Shown here: in pieces, positions 25,470-39,463 of the stretch | Numbering within the stretch: position 1 is the stretch's first letter | How the letters are laid out: each line of letters begins with the position of its first letter | NCBI GenBank assembly: GCA_002633005.1 | Contig: NMRA01000675.1 | Location: forward strand, 54,980-118,979 | Direction of reading: 5' to 3' | Length of the DNA stretch: 64,000 nucleotides | Source: Phoronis australis | Lineage: Eukaryota > Animalia > Phoronida | Notes under the pieces: model-generated | Databases searched by the model: none | Told to the model about the DNA's origin: nothing | Seen by the model: the letters and a program-made list of their open reading frames with translations, nothing else | Made by a program: the position numbers and the translations under genes

Positions 25470-26849
25470 TTAAATGATGACAATTCAAACCTGTTTCAAT
25501 TTATTAATTTCTAGCAAAGTGCGTGACAATTTTACTAAGTAATTGGCAATCGTAATGCAATCATTTCAAGGCAAATTGATGTTGCTTGTATTGTCTGATT
25601 GTTAGATTTAATTATAAAAATTGGATCTAACGTAATTTGCTTGAAAGGACGCAAAGGGTTTTAATACGGCCGAAAAAACGCACGGACAGAATTGACTTCT
25701 TGATGTGATTTGCCGTGACTAAACCTATAACACATCAAAATCTTTGTTGTTTTTTTGATTTCATCATAACCCAACGTAACAAAGGCTTCAAGCCAAGGTC
25801 AAAAGAATTCGAGGCTGATAACTTATAGTTCTGATCGAAGGCGGCTTCCAAAAGGCTAGTCTCAATAGTGTATGTAAATGCAAAACAGAGTACAAGAGTT
25901 GAAGTACATTGGAAGAGTAACCGCTCTTGAAAAAGCGCTAAAGAACGAAATCGAGGTCTTGTATGCCGTGCGAAAGTTGAACATTTTCAGAAACGTCGAC
26001 CTTTTCTGGTAGACAACCGGGTCGGACTGCATTCCTTTCGTCTTCCAGAAATAGAATGACATTTATTCTAATTTTGACAATTTAAGGGTATTATTAAATT
26101 TTTCTTGAAATTTATCACGTTTCAGGTTGTTTTTAATGAACTAATCAAATGAACCCCCTACTGAACATTCTTAAAGTGCTGGTATGACGGCGACATCCCG
26201 TTGCTCCCAACTTCTTCGTTTGTATAGCCCAACAACAAGTTGGGAAGTTTACCCCCCGTAGCCAATTAACTCTGGCGTTGATGGTTGGAGGGCCTGCGCT
26301 CTTATGTTTGATAATTGCTCTAATCTCCGATCAGATCGTATCTAGCCTGACTGGGGTGGGCTGATAAAAATGTAAGTTAAGTTAAGCCAGATATTATCGC
26401 ACGTTCAGCACGCCTCACGTCTGGAAAAGTTACTGAACGACAGGACGCTGTAATGATAGCTATACCCGAGTCAAATGAAACCCCAACTGAAAATTCTTAG
26501 AGTGTTAGCACAGCTATACTCGTATCAGTACTTTTCTGGAATAAACATAGGTCACGCAATCATTTTGTCTAACGCTAGACTGCTGTCCGAGATTAGTCTC
26601 TTGAAGTAGACAATCTCTCTCGTCTCACAAAAATAGCTTGACATCGCTGCATACTTTTGATTGATTTTTAGCGTCACGTGACACTCTGAAGAAGCCGATT
26701 TTGCCTTTAATAGAACTTGCATTTGAAAAACTATACTGCAATCTTGAAGAAAGTAAAACAAATATTGAAGTGATGCCTGAGATACATGAAAATGTGTGTA
26801 ATTCTGGTAAAGTAAGTGTTTTTGTTTTTTGTCTCATTATCGCCGACTA

Positions 26850-26975
26850 TGGTTCTTTGAAACGGTCACAAACAAACGTCCGACGATGCTGGTTCGATTC
26901 AAATACACCAGGTGAGCACCAAGTCTCCATCAGGGGACCACTTTTCTTTTTAATCTTTGTTAACAATATGCACAA
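26850..26975 (+). mobile_element. Short LINE reverse transcriptase fragment
   Basis: Q.SIRGPLFFLIFVNNM resembles the QGSILGPLLFLIFVND motif of CR1/L2 reverse transcriptases. Confidence 0.45.
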
Positions 26976-27351
26976 GGGGCGGTATTGTATAACATGTCTG
27001 CACCCACAGCATGAGTTGCTTCCTCTCAGTGAGTACGAGGTCCATAGCCAGATAAGCAACACTCCACTCTTCTCTTTTTGACGCTTGGTATATAATCCGA
27101 ATTAATGCGTGCGATGGCACTAAAAACCTTTCAGGATAATCAAGTGATAGGGCAATATTTTTTTAGGTTAATTGCTCAATTCGTAGGCAAATGGGTGATT
27201 TGTAGAGCAGCAATGAAGTAGCTCCGAGAAAGAGTGGGTTCAACGAAAATGACCTGCGATCTACTGGTAGAGAGTGCACAGACTATCAGCTGAGGCTGTA
27301 AACAATCAACTAAATTGAAAAAAAACAAGAGATGACGAAAGATACAACGCA

Positions 27352-27606
27352 TCATGGAAAGTTACTAGGTCTCATTTTCATCTCCGATACTTTTCTCGAG
27401 TAAAAAAGCCGTAAATCATTTTCTATATCACTCCTTGAGAGTACAAGTCTTCACTCCCTAATACAATCCGTTCAAGTTGGCACCATGACAGTTTGCGTAC
27501 CACCAGCCGCGGTGAAAATTTTGCGCACAGCTTTGTCCGACTTCAATATCGTTATCCCTGTCAACTGTTGAAAACCTACTTCCGCTGTGATACGTCAGTG
27601 GGTCAC
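27352..27606 (-). pseudogene. Pseudogenised duplicate of the gene B terminal FReD exon
   Basis: GDPLTYHSGSRFSTVDRDND...CAQNFHRGWWYANCHGANLNGLY then TAG and frameshifts, ending SEMKMRPSNFP*; the upstream intron also aligns with 16066-16160. Confidence 0.85.
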
Positions 27607-28199
27607 CTGAAAATCAAGAACTTGCTTCATCAAACGTATTTATATGTCAGGTGGTAGCTAAAACGATTGCTAGCACCTTATTGCAAATTTGACTTTTTTC
27701 TAAAAAAGCAAAACCTTGTAACTGACGTCTAGGCCAAAAACGAAAGCACTTATGGTTTTTATTATGTACCAGACATGCGCTCAAGAACAAAGAACAACTG
27801 AAAACACACGAATTAATGTCAGCCAAGGTTTCGCGTATTTTGCTGAAAAGCTACAGTAATCAATATTTAAAACGCCATGAGTGCCAGGTAATAGATCAGC
27901 AAAAGTATCCTGCATAACTATAAAGTTGCTAATCTACGTTTAATATTCATATTTAAAAAGTAGGCAACTGAAAATACCGCTCTACCGGAAGAATTTTTCA
28001 AAGCAAAATAGAGACCAGATCACGTGCTTTTTTTGCTCGAATTCAAGCTCGAAATTACTTTTGGTATTTTATATTCTACTTTTTTGCTATCACAAAATTA
28101 GCTACTGTATATTATTCAGTCTATGGCCGGGAACATATTGGCTAACTGGCAGTTTGCACTTATACCCAGTAAAAAAATCGAGTCTGAACTCGAAATTGT

Positions 28200-28770
28200 G
28201 GTGTAATAACCCATAAAGTTATCTCACTAGTGAAATTACATTTTGGCGGGAAACCGAGGCCGGATTCCAACCCAGGCCTCAACAGTTGCGAGTAGCCGAC
28301 TTCACCACTACACCACTCAGCGGCTGACCTCATCAAACGTGAAAATAGAATATTTAAATGAGCATGTTCGGCAAAGGGCATTGCACCGACATTTATACGC
28401 TATGAAAAATAAGACGCATAATTTCCATAAAAACGATATTTTAATACAGTGAAATTTTTCTCTCGTGTTCTCTCACTTATAAATCACCGATCTCCAACTT
28501 AAATGCAGGTGTCGTGTGGTCGAGATCCTTTGACTTGAGCATTATAGTCACTAGTGGTGACCTATTTTAGCAGACGATAGATTCCCGGTCGAAGTTTAGC
28601 GTGATAAAATGGGTAGTAAGCTATAATAGTTGCTAAACCTTAATTTATAGATTCACTTTATTCCTATTTTGTTTTATTTTTCAATTGGTTTTGAGTAAAA
28701 GCATTATTTTACAAAAAATATCTCGGTTTTTCTTAAAAGGTCACGACCTCTGACCCCGGGCCTCTGACAT
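28200..28770 (-). mobile_element. Third partial copy of the Crypton-like repeat, with a tRNA-like cassette at 28253-28321
   Basis: Aligns with 5177-5510 and 5743-6015; the minus strand reads GCTGAGTGGTGTAGTGG...GGGTTGGAATCCGGCCTCGGT. Confidence 0.6.
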
Positions 28771-28805
28771 AACCATGAATGACCCTGGGAAACTTGTACC
28801 TTTTG

Positions 28806-28875
28806 CATGGGCGGCGCACCAAAGGGGGCTGGGGGGCCTATAGCTCCCACTTTTCTCAGTGCTGCGCCGCCCACG
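28806..28875. mobile_element. Small palindromic MITE; related inverted copy near 41495-41562
   Basis: gggcggcgca...tgcgccgccc inverted ends. Confidence 0.4.
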
Positions 28876-29790
28876 TTTTGAGTTCGTCCAAACAGTTAGT
28901 AGTGTATGTTTATGGGTACAGGGTACAAGAAATTTAAAAAATAATCACATTTATGTACACTTCTGGCTAACGACAAAAAATAAAAAATATGTTCGTGGTG
29001 GTCCATACACGAAATAAAATTGAAAGAAACTGAATATTATGAATAAATAATGAATTGTGACTAATTATACAAGCGGAAGGAAACATTAGAAAGAAACTAA
29101 TAAAATACGTTTTATTGAAAATGACAGAGCTGAAAAAGTCTGAAGGATGAAGTGACGCGTTACATGACACATCAATACATGTAATTGTGTACATGAATTA
29201 ATCGATGAATTAATTAAATTTATCAATAAAATTTGAATTAACACTTCTCTAATTAATGGCAAATAAATACTGTTTGATTTTTCAAACGTATTTCAGTATC
29301 GTCTCTCGGGTGGCCAGGAAGTGAATTCCACAAAACGAAGGTTGAATTTAACAAACTTTAAGATCCGTGTGTGTTGGCTGAAGAAAACCATTATTGCTCC
29401 TTCTAGTTTTATTAAGGATGGCGTGGATTGAATGATGAAAAGTAATAAAAGGAGATAATGTGGGGACTACCTAAGAACAATTTTATGTAAATGTGGAGTT
29501 TAATTTGGTAACTCGAGTTTCATTATTTAGCCACCCAGGTGACTGAAAATGACAAAAACTAATATGAGTAGGAGGAGCTTTTGTGAAAACAACTATTTCA
29601 ACATGAAATCCAGCTTGAACGAACCTAATCAAACAGAGGAATTATTGGTGAATTGCACAGGGTTTTACGTGACCTAAGTTCTAAGACATGACAGTACATC
29701 CATTTTAGTTCATCCTATGATCTTCTAAGAGACCAGGTTTGCGTTGGTGAAATGTAAGTAAGGTCTAAAATTAAACTTGGTTTAAGAAGG

Positions 29791-29925
29791 CCAGGATAGA
29801 GTTCAGTAACGCTAGGACTTCACTAAGACCTCACTAAAGAGCACGGCAACTCGAGACAACACGAGACTTTGCCCTGTATTTTAAACAGGAGCACGTCGTG
29901 ACACAGCTACTGAACTCTACACAGG
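29791..29925. mobile_element. Diverged relative of the 7045 MITE family
   Basis: agagttcagta...tactgaactct TIR and a cgctaggac motif. Confidence 0.5.
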
Positions 29926-30544
29926 TTAGAGCTCAGTACCTCAGCAGAAAAGCGAATTATCGCGAGAATCCCTTAGATATAATCACCGTTTATTTTCAAT
30001 GAGAGCATATGATTTTCGCTAGATTTTTCTCGCCTCAAGACGGCTACCTGAAATAAATTCCCAAATTTAAGGCTTTTAAACGATAGTTGACCTTTTGTAA
30101 AGATGTCCGTTAATTATGTCAGTTAGTTCGAGTTTTGTATTTTCTCAAAATTTATTGATGGTGATAGAATTAGTAGTGACGGAGATAGTCATAAGGCTGG
30201 TCATACACAAAATTTTCTGATTTTAGACGACAGGAAATAGAAAGATAGACCTGTAGCTGTTTGAACAAATTACTAAAATATTTTGCTTATCGAAGTCAAT
30301 TCCTATTACAGTGTATATAAGTGGAAAATTGGCAAAACGTTTATTGATAAGGTATTTAGTGGTTTTATAACGGCCGGAGTAATCAATTTCATAAGTTTGA
30401 TGGGCGTGTTGAGAAATCCTCTGCTAGAGTTCGAATTGATATTGCCCAAGACCTTTTAAGAATTTGTTTTTATTTACTACTTGAAATTTAGCTTTTGTTC
30501 GCGTAGGGTTGAATGACAAGAGTCAAATTTAGTGGCTGGTAATT

Positions 30545-31290
30545 AGATAGTTTGTGGGGGGCTCCTTATTATTAAACTGATGACCAATACAGTTCTATCA
30601 AATAGAGAATGTTTTCTTGTTACATTCTGTTGTTTGTATCCATTGAGCTCTTTATGAAAGTGAAGCTCCTTTGCAGTTTGAATAACACATTTCAAAGTTT
30701 TACAGTTGGTACTAAATTTCCTCTTCCGTTTGTCAAGTAGGCTAGTTATGGAGATGAGCATTTTTCTTGTTATCGAAATAAGAAGTCATGTGGTATCCAT
30801 GGGTTAATTTTGTGCCTGGATATGTTGATACATGCGTTTGTGTAGAGGAAATGTTTCGGATGGAAGTGAGATGACATTTTACAGTGTTGACAAATTAGTG
30901 TACGGTCTTGAGTGCTGATTTTCACTAAAAACAGCGTCAAACAATCTTGTTCTTTGGTATATGCTTGTGTTCTAATATTTTGGGATTTGTAGTTTGAAAT
31001 TTGCATTGACATTATTTTAGTAAGATAAAGGTAGGTAATTTGTCAGACAGACATGCCACTGTGAGATACTTTGGTGTTCTCTGTAGTTGTACGAGGAGAG
31101 ATGCCGAATGGACTTAACGTTTCGTAGGATAACTGATTTTTGTCGTGCAAAAAAAGTCGAAATTTATGGTTGGAACTAACAGGCCAACGTTGAGATTACC
31201 GTCAACAATGATTCCTTGTGGCATGCTCGCTTTAATACTAGACACATACAAAGTTAGCACGTAGTCCAAACGGGTGAGAGAGTGTTGGTG
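30545..31290 (-). mobile_element. CR1/L2-clade LINE ORF2 (endonuclease region) remnant
   Basis: Decayed IIV.G..NV.LL, PT.R, LSDKLP (SDH-like), PWI...L and I..AK..HF motifs with many stops. Confidence 0.55.
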
Positions 31291-31593
31291 ACTTACATGT
31301 AGAACATTGTCGATGTCGACGGATTTGAATCTCGTTGTCTTCAGTTTCTCCGGTTTCAGTTGTCGACGCTCAAAGAGACATTTGAACCGTTGCTTCGTTA
31401 CGTTTTCTCTTACAAAAATGCTGTTTCCAATTGATTCCCAGTTATTATGCAATCTGTTCCTTGAGTTGAACCGTCAGTTTCACTGCATTATTACTATCAG
31501 GTTGACTATGAGATCTATCAGTGTCAAATTTTGTGAGTGGTTCGTCTCGATTTTCTTCCAGGTGTTGTGTGTGTTTTCATTCTCTAACTTTTC

Positions 31594-31723
31594 CAGGGGA
31601 GGATCTGGATTTTGAGTTGGGGTGAGGGGTGGCAGGAAAAAGTATTAGACAGGTTTTTGCCCGTCAGATATTCGCATAAATCAAACTGGCAAACCCCTTT
31701 TGGCCCCCCTATGTCCGCCAATG
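31594..31723 (+). mobile_element. CAGGGGCGGATCC-type MITE, 5-bp TSD TTTTC
   Basis: Imperfect TIRs; TTTTC on both sides; homologous to the copies at 36470, 39464 and 48152. Confidence 0.7.
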
Positions 31724-34313
31724 TTTTCAGTATCCCATGAATCAGTTTCTACGCAAGTGCTGTTTGGTTTCTTCAAAAAATTTCCCTACTCCTCGGACTT
31801 CCGGTCGTTTTGAATGAATTTCTCATTTATTATTACAATTTCACTTTTCGACCAACAAGCTCTTTATTCTTCTTCTTAACGGTTCCTTTTATCTTTATTT
31901 CAGTCAAGACTTGCACATAACTCCTGAACTACAACGAAAAGAAAGTGTTTTACCACGTCATTGACTGATGTATTTATCAAATTTTGGATTTTCTTTTGAA
32001 AGTCAGCGGAGCATTGCCGTAGGAGTCCTATTCACAGTATCGTCAAAATTTTGCCAAAGCTTCTAATTTAATCTGATTATCAAATTCTAAATGTTCACTT
32101 TTCTCGTCATACTAGGAGGATCCGAATCAACACTCTAACACCATTTACTAAAGCGTTATGAAATTAACTAGAACGTCACTACAGAGCATTATTTTCACCC
32201 CACTACGCTCGTTTCGTTCCAGACACAGGTTCAGTGTGCAGTATCCAAATGGTAAATTAGTGCATATTAAACTCTTCATCGTGGTCCCCAATTTGTGTTT
32301 TTCGTTTGAGCCGGAGCTGTCTTCAAAACTACTGAACAATCATTGCAAAAATTAGCCTTTGAATTTCCTAGAAATGCTCTACTAGATGAACACGAAATCT
32401 TATGGATAATGAGACATTTTCAGTTTTATTGATAGACAGAAGAGACATTGAAAATTAAACAAATTTTCTCTGTTTGATGGCTGTAGGTTGCATTCGATTG
32501 GTATGAAATTCTGACGCAATATTTCTTTCGTCAACAGGACATACATTTTATTAACATCTGACTTGCAAAATAGCCCGGTTACGGCCGTTTTGCATTTTGG
32601 ATATTTGCGGAACTCTTAGCGTTATTATCCATTTACTGCGGATCTTTTTGGAATTTGGAATGTGAATAGATCTCTCCAAGTATTGTGTATATATATTTGT
32701 TTCCCGTCACTATTGACTGATCAATTTTTTAGGTATTTTACGTTTAATTATGTCTGCTCATTTTATTGATCGTTTCCTTGTTACACTTGTTTTAAGGTCA
32801 ACAGTACGAAGCTACCATCTACATGTATTCTACCAAAATACGTTTCTTAATCACTTTTTTACTTGTAATGGTCATCGCCATACATCGTCATTTTTCAGTC
32901 ACTTCCGCCAAGCGTCTCCCCTGAAAGCTCTTTTATGTTTTATTTACACCCTGTTAGTCTTAGTCGTTGTCATTAGTCACTATTTAAATGACCAATCGTT
33001 TTTAAATAAGCCAGCCACACAAACAAGAAATCGACGTTTTCGTGTCTTGCGTTCGTTTAACAGAGAATGCCAAAATCAACACTTTATTCTCCAGACAACG
33101 TGGAGGACTTTTGATTTTGTGAGAAACGTTGCGGCCATGTTGTTTAACAGGGTTTCCTCGAGCTCGATCATTGTATGGCTACGGCTACGAATATTCCGAT
33201 AAAAGTGAAAACATGCTTAAATGTCCATGTTTGTCAATCTTATGTTCGAAAAGAGGAAACGTTGGTCAATAAAGCGTCGAGCAAATTAGCCTGCCTGTTT
33301 AAATTCTTTAACGCATGGAATAACAATCTATTGACTTTGGTCTATCATTGGGGTTACAATGGGTGATGTGTCATGGCTTTTTTAATTTTGTTTTTAACAC
33401 AAAAAAATTGTTACTGATACATACACTGTCTGTGTCACAGGCTCAATTGTGACTTTATCTAACAGCACTATTGACATTGACGAGTGAGAGATCGAATAAT
33501 TGTGAAATCTGAGCGTTTGTTAATTTTGTGCAAATATTGGGGTCCTTAATCTGAAGGTCATTTTACTATCGGCAGTCAATAATCGAGACTGATGTAGCAC
33601 TGTAAAATTCTTCGTAATATATGGCGATTTGGGTGCGTTTGTGAGATACACGTACTTCAAGAGCTAATTTATTATTAGATCCCTGGGCTATTTCGGTGTT
33701 AATTATTCACGCCACTCACCGTGGCCGCTTTGATAAGTCGGTACGTTTAACGCTAATATGGGTACAATGCCTAACGTTGGGTACAAAAACATTAAGTCAA
33801 GGGTGTGATTTTCATTTAAAATTTCTAATATCCGATATATTTGATATTTCAATAATGTTCAACGTCATTTTAACCTCGGTGGCTTGTGACGTCCGAAATA
33901 AATATTTTTAAATGTGTGTAGAGGCTTATTCAACTGGGTTTCAAACTTTCATTTCATTACGACACAGCACTAACGGCTTTCAAAACATGACGCGCAGCTT
34001 CAACTGAACCAGAACTGGGTGCGTTCCGTAGCCGCAAGAATCTCGACGGAAATCAGAATCACGCAAGATCACGCAAAATCACGCCTCTTATGATGACGAT
34101 TCCGAATATCCTCCTCTATCGTACTTTGAGCAAAGTGGCGGCCAATGATGTGATTGGTCTGTAAGGTTGAGGTGTTGCGCAGTAACGATGCTTTCTTGTC
34201 GCACGTACTTCGCTGGCTTTTAATTATAGATCGACGGCACAAAATTAACCGTAGGAATTGATCACTCTTCGCAGTTCAGTCTTGTTTGATCGGGGAACAG
34301 TATATCGCAGGAT

Positions 34314-34650
34314 ATGCCTCCCCAATTAGAGTATCGCTGTCGCATAATGCTGGAGATATTGTCCTTAACTTTTATCGTTAATGCCAACAGAACTCGATTA
34401 AGCGAAGGGAAATTTCTTTACCACAGAAATATGCGCCCTATCAATTGTCAGAGAGTGGCATTTGGTTCAACACTAGCTGCACGGTTACGAGAATGCATGA
34501 ATCTTCGACTCGGTACAAGTAATTATGGTTGCGGTTTTGTTGCGATTGATCACCCGAACTCAGCCTGGGAATTGTGCGAAACAAACACGGAACTTCAAAC
34601 TTTTAATGGATGGAGCACTTGGGAGTTTACAGAAGTTAACGGATTTTCAG
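34314..34650 (+). pseudogene. Orphan paralogue of gene B exon 1 (signal + PAN-like), probably decayed
   Basis: LSEGKF...C...CGFVAI..PNSAWELCE...NGWSTW aligns with ISEGQF...C...[15 protein letters not shown]...EGWGTW; same phase-1 donor (TCAG|GTAAAT); two Cys replaced by R and W; no FReD exons found downstream on the plus strand. Confidence 0.7.
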
Positions 34651-34679
34651 GTAAATTGTTCCATACGTGTATATGTCCT

Positions 34680-34908
34680 CATCACCACCTACACTGTACC
34701 TCTTCACCACCTACACTGTACCTCTTCACCACCTAAAATGTACCTCTTCACCACCTAAACTGTACCTCTTCACCACCTACTCTGTATCACTTCACCACAT
34801 ACACTGTACCTCTTCCCCACCTACACTCTACCTCTTCACCACCTACACTGTACCTCTTCACCACCTACACTGTACCTCTTCACCACCTACACTGTACCTT
34901 TCACCACC
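34680..34908. repeat. 22-bp minisatellite, about 10 copies
   Basis: Unit caccacctacactgtacctctt; explains the repetitive ORFs at 34525-35092. Confidence 0.92.
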
Positions 34909-36469
34909 CGGAATAATGTTGTTTTTATTTGCCCGCTTCAGCCGGCACTTTTCTTTCTATTGGAGTAGGATAATTTTACGGCGTGGTCTGGGGAGCAAAA
35001 ACTTGGTGGGGTGTATGAAGAGAAGAATAAAAAGTTCACTAAACACAATTTCGGATTTACCCATTTTGCTGCAATGGCTGGCTAAGGCATAGAACATCGA
35101 GCCTAGGGAGCATCCACCGGTGAAACATCGGAACAGGAAAATATCAGTACTGGGCTACATCGGTCGCGGGCAGTATCGTAAAGCATTCAGTCTTTTATAA
35201 GTGGCGGGAATCTATTAGATTCATCATTAAAAAATCATTGGCGCTGGGTGCTTAACAGAGCCAAGCCGGTATACTCTTTTATTTAAGACTTCCACTGTTA
35301 TCTTTTGATGTGCAGCTTTGGAGTAGAGCGTACTTGTGAGTTCAGGCACTTTAATCGTATACACTTTTCGTTGGCAACAACATTTGACAGACTGCTCATA
35401 TGTCGCACACATAGCCCCAGAAACAATTAAGTAAAGGGTTTGAAAATTTCTTGGTTACTCAAAAACAACTTTGCTGAAAGTAGAGATGTGGCCATATTTT
35501 GTGGATTATTAGGTTGTCATTTTCACGTTTACTGTTTTTTGCGAAAAAAACGAGTCGCATATTTCCATGTCTCGATAGTTTGCCATCGCTTGCGCGCTAA
35601 CAACGGGACCGACCAGTACCGTGGTCCGATATCAGTGATATTGGCGCGGATATTTGATAATAACGGCTCAACTTACGTGAAAAATAAACACGCTTTTCTA
35701 CCACACAGCTTGGCAAGTTGATTGTTTAAGAATTAGTTAAAGACCGCTGTTTTGTGACGTTTTATCACGTGTTATGTCGTAGTAAAAAACTTTCTTTGCC
35801 CATCCGGAAATTTGCAAAAGTAGCCAAAAATGTTAGCCAATGAAACGCGTCAAAGATCGCATCTGCATTATTCCATGTTCACGCGCCATGCTTACATATA
35901 CAAGTCATCGGGAAGGCTGCTCGCGCTTAGTGTTCTTTGGAACTTGATTTGGCAACAACCAAATCCCGATCGGATTCAAAGGAGTTGCTTTATATCTGCC
36001 AGTTATCTGTCGAGAAGTGTAAACATATAGTTTGCGACTTGATACAAGCTGGCAAAAATCTTAGCTCAAATACCCAAATTTCATTACTTAATTGTCATAA
36101 GGTAATGTTTTCATCTAATTCTACGCGTAAAAGTTACTGTTTAGCTCATACAGGAAGCAATATCGTCATAAAAAAAATTCAAGAAAAGAATAAACTACGT
36201 AGCTAAGGCGAACTTCTCTTCTTCGAAGCTGTACCGGAAACAGCTGACTACTTGTCTCGAGTTGCCAAAAATTCAAACTTCACTTCATTATGGATAACAT
36301 TTGTTTGTTTTGATCAAGTAGATTTTAAGGAAATTTAAAAAAAAAATTGTACAGGCAGTAGACACACCCCAGACTTAAGAAAACTCCTAAGTAAGTATTA
36401 CAAAGTTCATGTATGTTTCGATGGTTTTTATGCAGATTCACATGTTTTTAAATGTTTTAAAACGGATCA

Positions 36470-36626
36470 CAGGGGCGGATCCATGATTTTTAGTTAGGGG
36501 AGGCCAGGGAAGAGTATTAGCCAGGATTTTGCCCGTAAGACATTCGCACCCTCGTACCGCCACCTGGAATCTGGGAGAGTTTTAGGGGGGACATGGCCCC
36601 CTTGTCCCCCTCTAAATCCGCCACTG
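36470..36626 (+). mobile_element. CAGGGGCGGATCC-type MITE, 5-bp TSD GATCA
   Basis: caggggcggat...atccgccactg TIR; GATCA duplicated on both sides. Confidence 0.75.
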
Positions 36627-37989
36627 GATCATATGTCTTTAATCGCCGTGGATCATTTGGTGTTGTCCCTTCTAGAACTGTGCTGAGCATTAGATCTACA
36701 TGTACGCGTATCCTTACAGTTTATGAAATAGATGTGTACAGTGTATGTAAGCGAATGTTCATTCAAGGGCATTTAACTATGCGATAGAGACGTGTTTGAG
36801 GTGTGCTCTATATTGGTGGCACAGAGGATCATTTCTGTCCCACGCGACTTAAACGAGGTTCTTCACTTTTTTCAACTTTTTAGAACACTGATCAACAAAA
36901 TATGTGTGTTAAAAATTCAACAAGTCTGATGGTCAGACATATTATGTCAAGACACGCAACAAAACTCCAAAGAAGTGGTGACAGCCTTAGAAGGTCAAAG
37001 GCCACGGTACCTAGCTTGTGACAAACAAGATTTCGTTTGTCAGATCACTTTCATTAGAGGCAAAAACAAATTAAAGCCCTTCTGTTTAAACTATTGGATT
37101 CTTGTATGAAACTAATTATCGTGTGAATCTCACATTTTGTTGAAATAAAGGTTTGGTTTGGAACTCCAACTATCCAGAATATTAAGCGCAAGGATATGTA
37201 TGGCAGATCACACCGTTTGCTGTGTTGACTTTTCACCTAGTTTCATTTTTTGTTATCAACTTAGACACATGTCCACAGCCCAAAGGTATCCGTTGGAAGT
37301 GGCTCGGAGAAATTGCATTTGCGTTCTGTTTGCACTGAGTGGTGGGGCTCGACATAAATAAATTATATACTTGTGTAAAAATTTGGTACAAATACCGACT
37401 TCATATGTTAATTCCCCTTGCAGGGCTCAGTAGTCTAGGTAAAGGGCGAAATCGCAAACTTCAATCTAGAATAATTCAAGCTAGAGACGACTAATATATT
37501 CTTGCTGAAGCAAGTAATAACTCCACTCGGTCCATTGTTTTACGTCTGATTAGGAAAGCAAACTCTCTACATTAAAAAGAAACAAAATTGAGTAGTCCCG
37601 CCTAAAACCTCGACCAAAACAAAGATGCCGCTGCATGGATCTGTAATGAAACAATAACATGCAAAGCAACACTTTTCTTTTAAATCGCCACAATTTAACT
37701 TTTCTTCATAGAAGAGAATGCATGTTAACCTAGATGTTACCAGTTGAAGACAAAGAGAGGAAACGTGTGCACTCTCACAGGAAATAAATTAACAAAAACG
37801 AGAGAAAGTAAGACCAGTGGTTTGAATGCTTACGTGCATGTAAAACATATTTTATTTATAAAAGTGATGTGTCAATACCGTGCAGGATGTGCTTTAAATA
37901 AAAAATTTTCCTCAAATTTCGGACTAATTTCTCTTAGGTCTATCGAGGGCACTTTCAGTACCTTGCTCCGGATATGAGCCAATGATCGT

Positions 37990-38290
37990 ACCCATTCGAT
38001 AACCAATCCGTGGTAACTGATTAGCAATCGGTTGTAACAGATTGGCAATCGGTAATTACAGATTACCAATCTGTAATAACATATTAGCAATCTGTAATAA
38101 GAAAATGGCAATATATTATTACAGATTGCCAATCTGTATTAACAGACTGGCAACCTGCAGTAAGAAATTGGCTATCGTAATTTACAGATTGGCAATCTGT
38201 ATTAACCGATTGGCAATACTTAATAACAGGTTGACAATTGGTAAAATCTGTAATTACAGATTGGCTATCAGTATTACCAGATTGGTAATA
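37990..38290. repeat. Degenerate 21-bp tandem array
   Basis: Unit close to ctgtaattacagattggcaat, more than 10 copies; explains ORFs 37872..38132 and 38042..38419. Confidence 0.85.
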
Positions 38291-38917
38291 TCAGGAAGAG
38301 ATAACCAGGAAGGGACAACTGTTTTAGCGCATTTTAACGTATTTTCAAAGGTGATTTCAAAAGTAAATGTTAAAGTAGTCTGGAATCCAAGCATTGTGTT
38401 TGAAAGCTTAACTCTTTAGCTATAAAATGACACCACTTTTGTCCCCAAAGACTTCCTATTAATGGCACTGGGATGCTTTGAACATGACTTGTTTTATCCT
38501 TCCAAAAGATGCCTCTTCCCAGGCATGTACTCGGGCACGATCCTCTTTTTTGAACCAACAGATGTCACTAATATATGCAAATGAGGCTCGCATCGTCTAC
38601 GTCATACGACGTCATACGGCGCGAGCTTCCAACTTGAACCCTCGAGTGCCTTATAGTGAATGACTTGAAACGCAGTTCTATCTGACTGGGCAGATCTAAG
38701 AAAATGAAGAACTCATCATGCAAGTCAATGTTCAAAGGACTTTGAATGGTTTCACATGAAAATACATTTAATTGTATTTGGATACGTTTGCAAGTGTGTA
38801 TGCGTGGACTTCGTCATTTTGCTTAAATTCAGATTTAGAAGCAGGTGTTAGTCAAGAAATTAGCTGCTCCCGCCACGGTGGCCGGTGTCGTGGCGTCGCC
38901 GGGAAGTCTGATCCATG

Positions 38918-39128
38918 CATGCGCAATTCGACGAAATAATGCTAGTCGCTGGTCAGCTCTGCTATGATTCATGCGCAATTCGACGAACTAATGCTAGTCC
39001 CTGGTCAGCTCTGCTATGATTCATGCGCAATTCGACGAACTAATGCTAGTCGCCGGTCAGCTCTGCTATGATTCATGCGCAATTCGACGAACTAATGCTA
39101 GTCGCTGGTCAGCTCCGCTATGATTCAT
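38918..39128. repeat. 52-bp minisatellite, 4 near-identical copies
   Basis: catgcgcaattcgacgaactaatgctagtcgctggtcagctctgctatgatt starting at 38918, 38970, 39022 and 39074. Confidence 0.95.
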
Positions 39129-39463
39129 TTGAGACGTGCGGCTTAACTCGAACCTATAGACTCTATTCACGCCGACAGGAGGCGCATTCCAAAACGAGGC
39201 TCGCTACGATAGCTCTGTTAGCATACATGTAGTTCTGTGTTTCAGACCGTGTTGTTACCCGAACGGCTAGAAAAAATACGGACACGCAAATATCTGCTTC
39301 ACAATCTCTAAAGATGTTGAGATTCAGAAGCGTTGGGACGTTGCCGCGACGAAGCAAAATATGTCCGTGTAAAGTTTATAAATGTTTTCGGTCATGTCGT
39401 ATGTCGGTCAGTTGTTAAGCATCATAATAACGACCGGAGAATGGGCCAGCCAGGCTGTGTTTT

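Noticed and set aside
34525-35092. Repetitive-peptide ORFs (also 37872-38419, 57881-58144, 58377-58637)
   Set aside because: Artefacts of translating mini- and microsatellites.
38918-39128. Possible CRISPR array
   Set aside because: Units are contiguous with no unique spacers, there are no cas genes, and the context is eukaryotic; the same applies to the arrays at 9240, 34680 and 57945.
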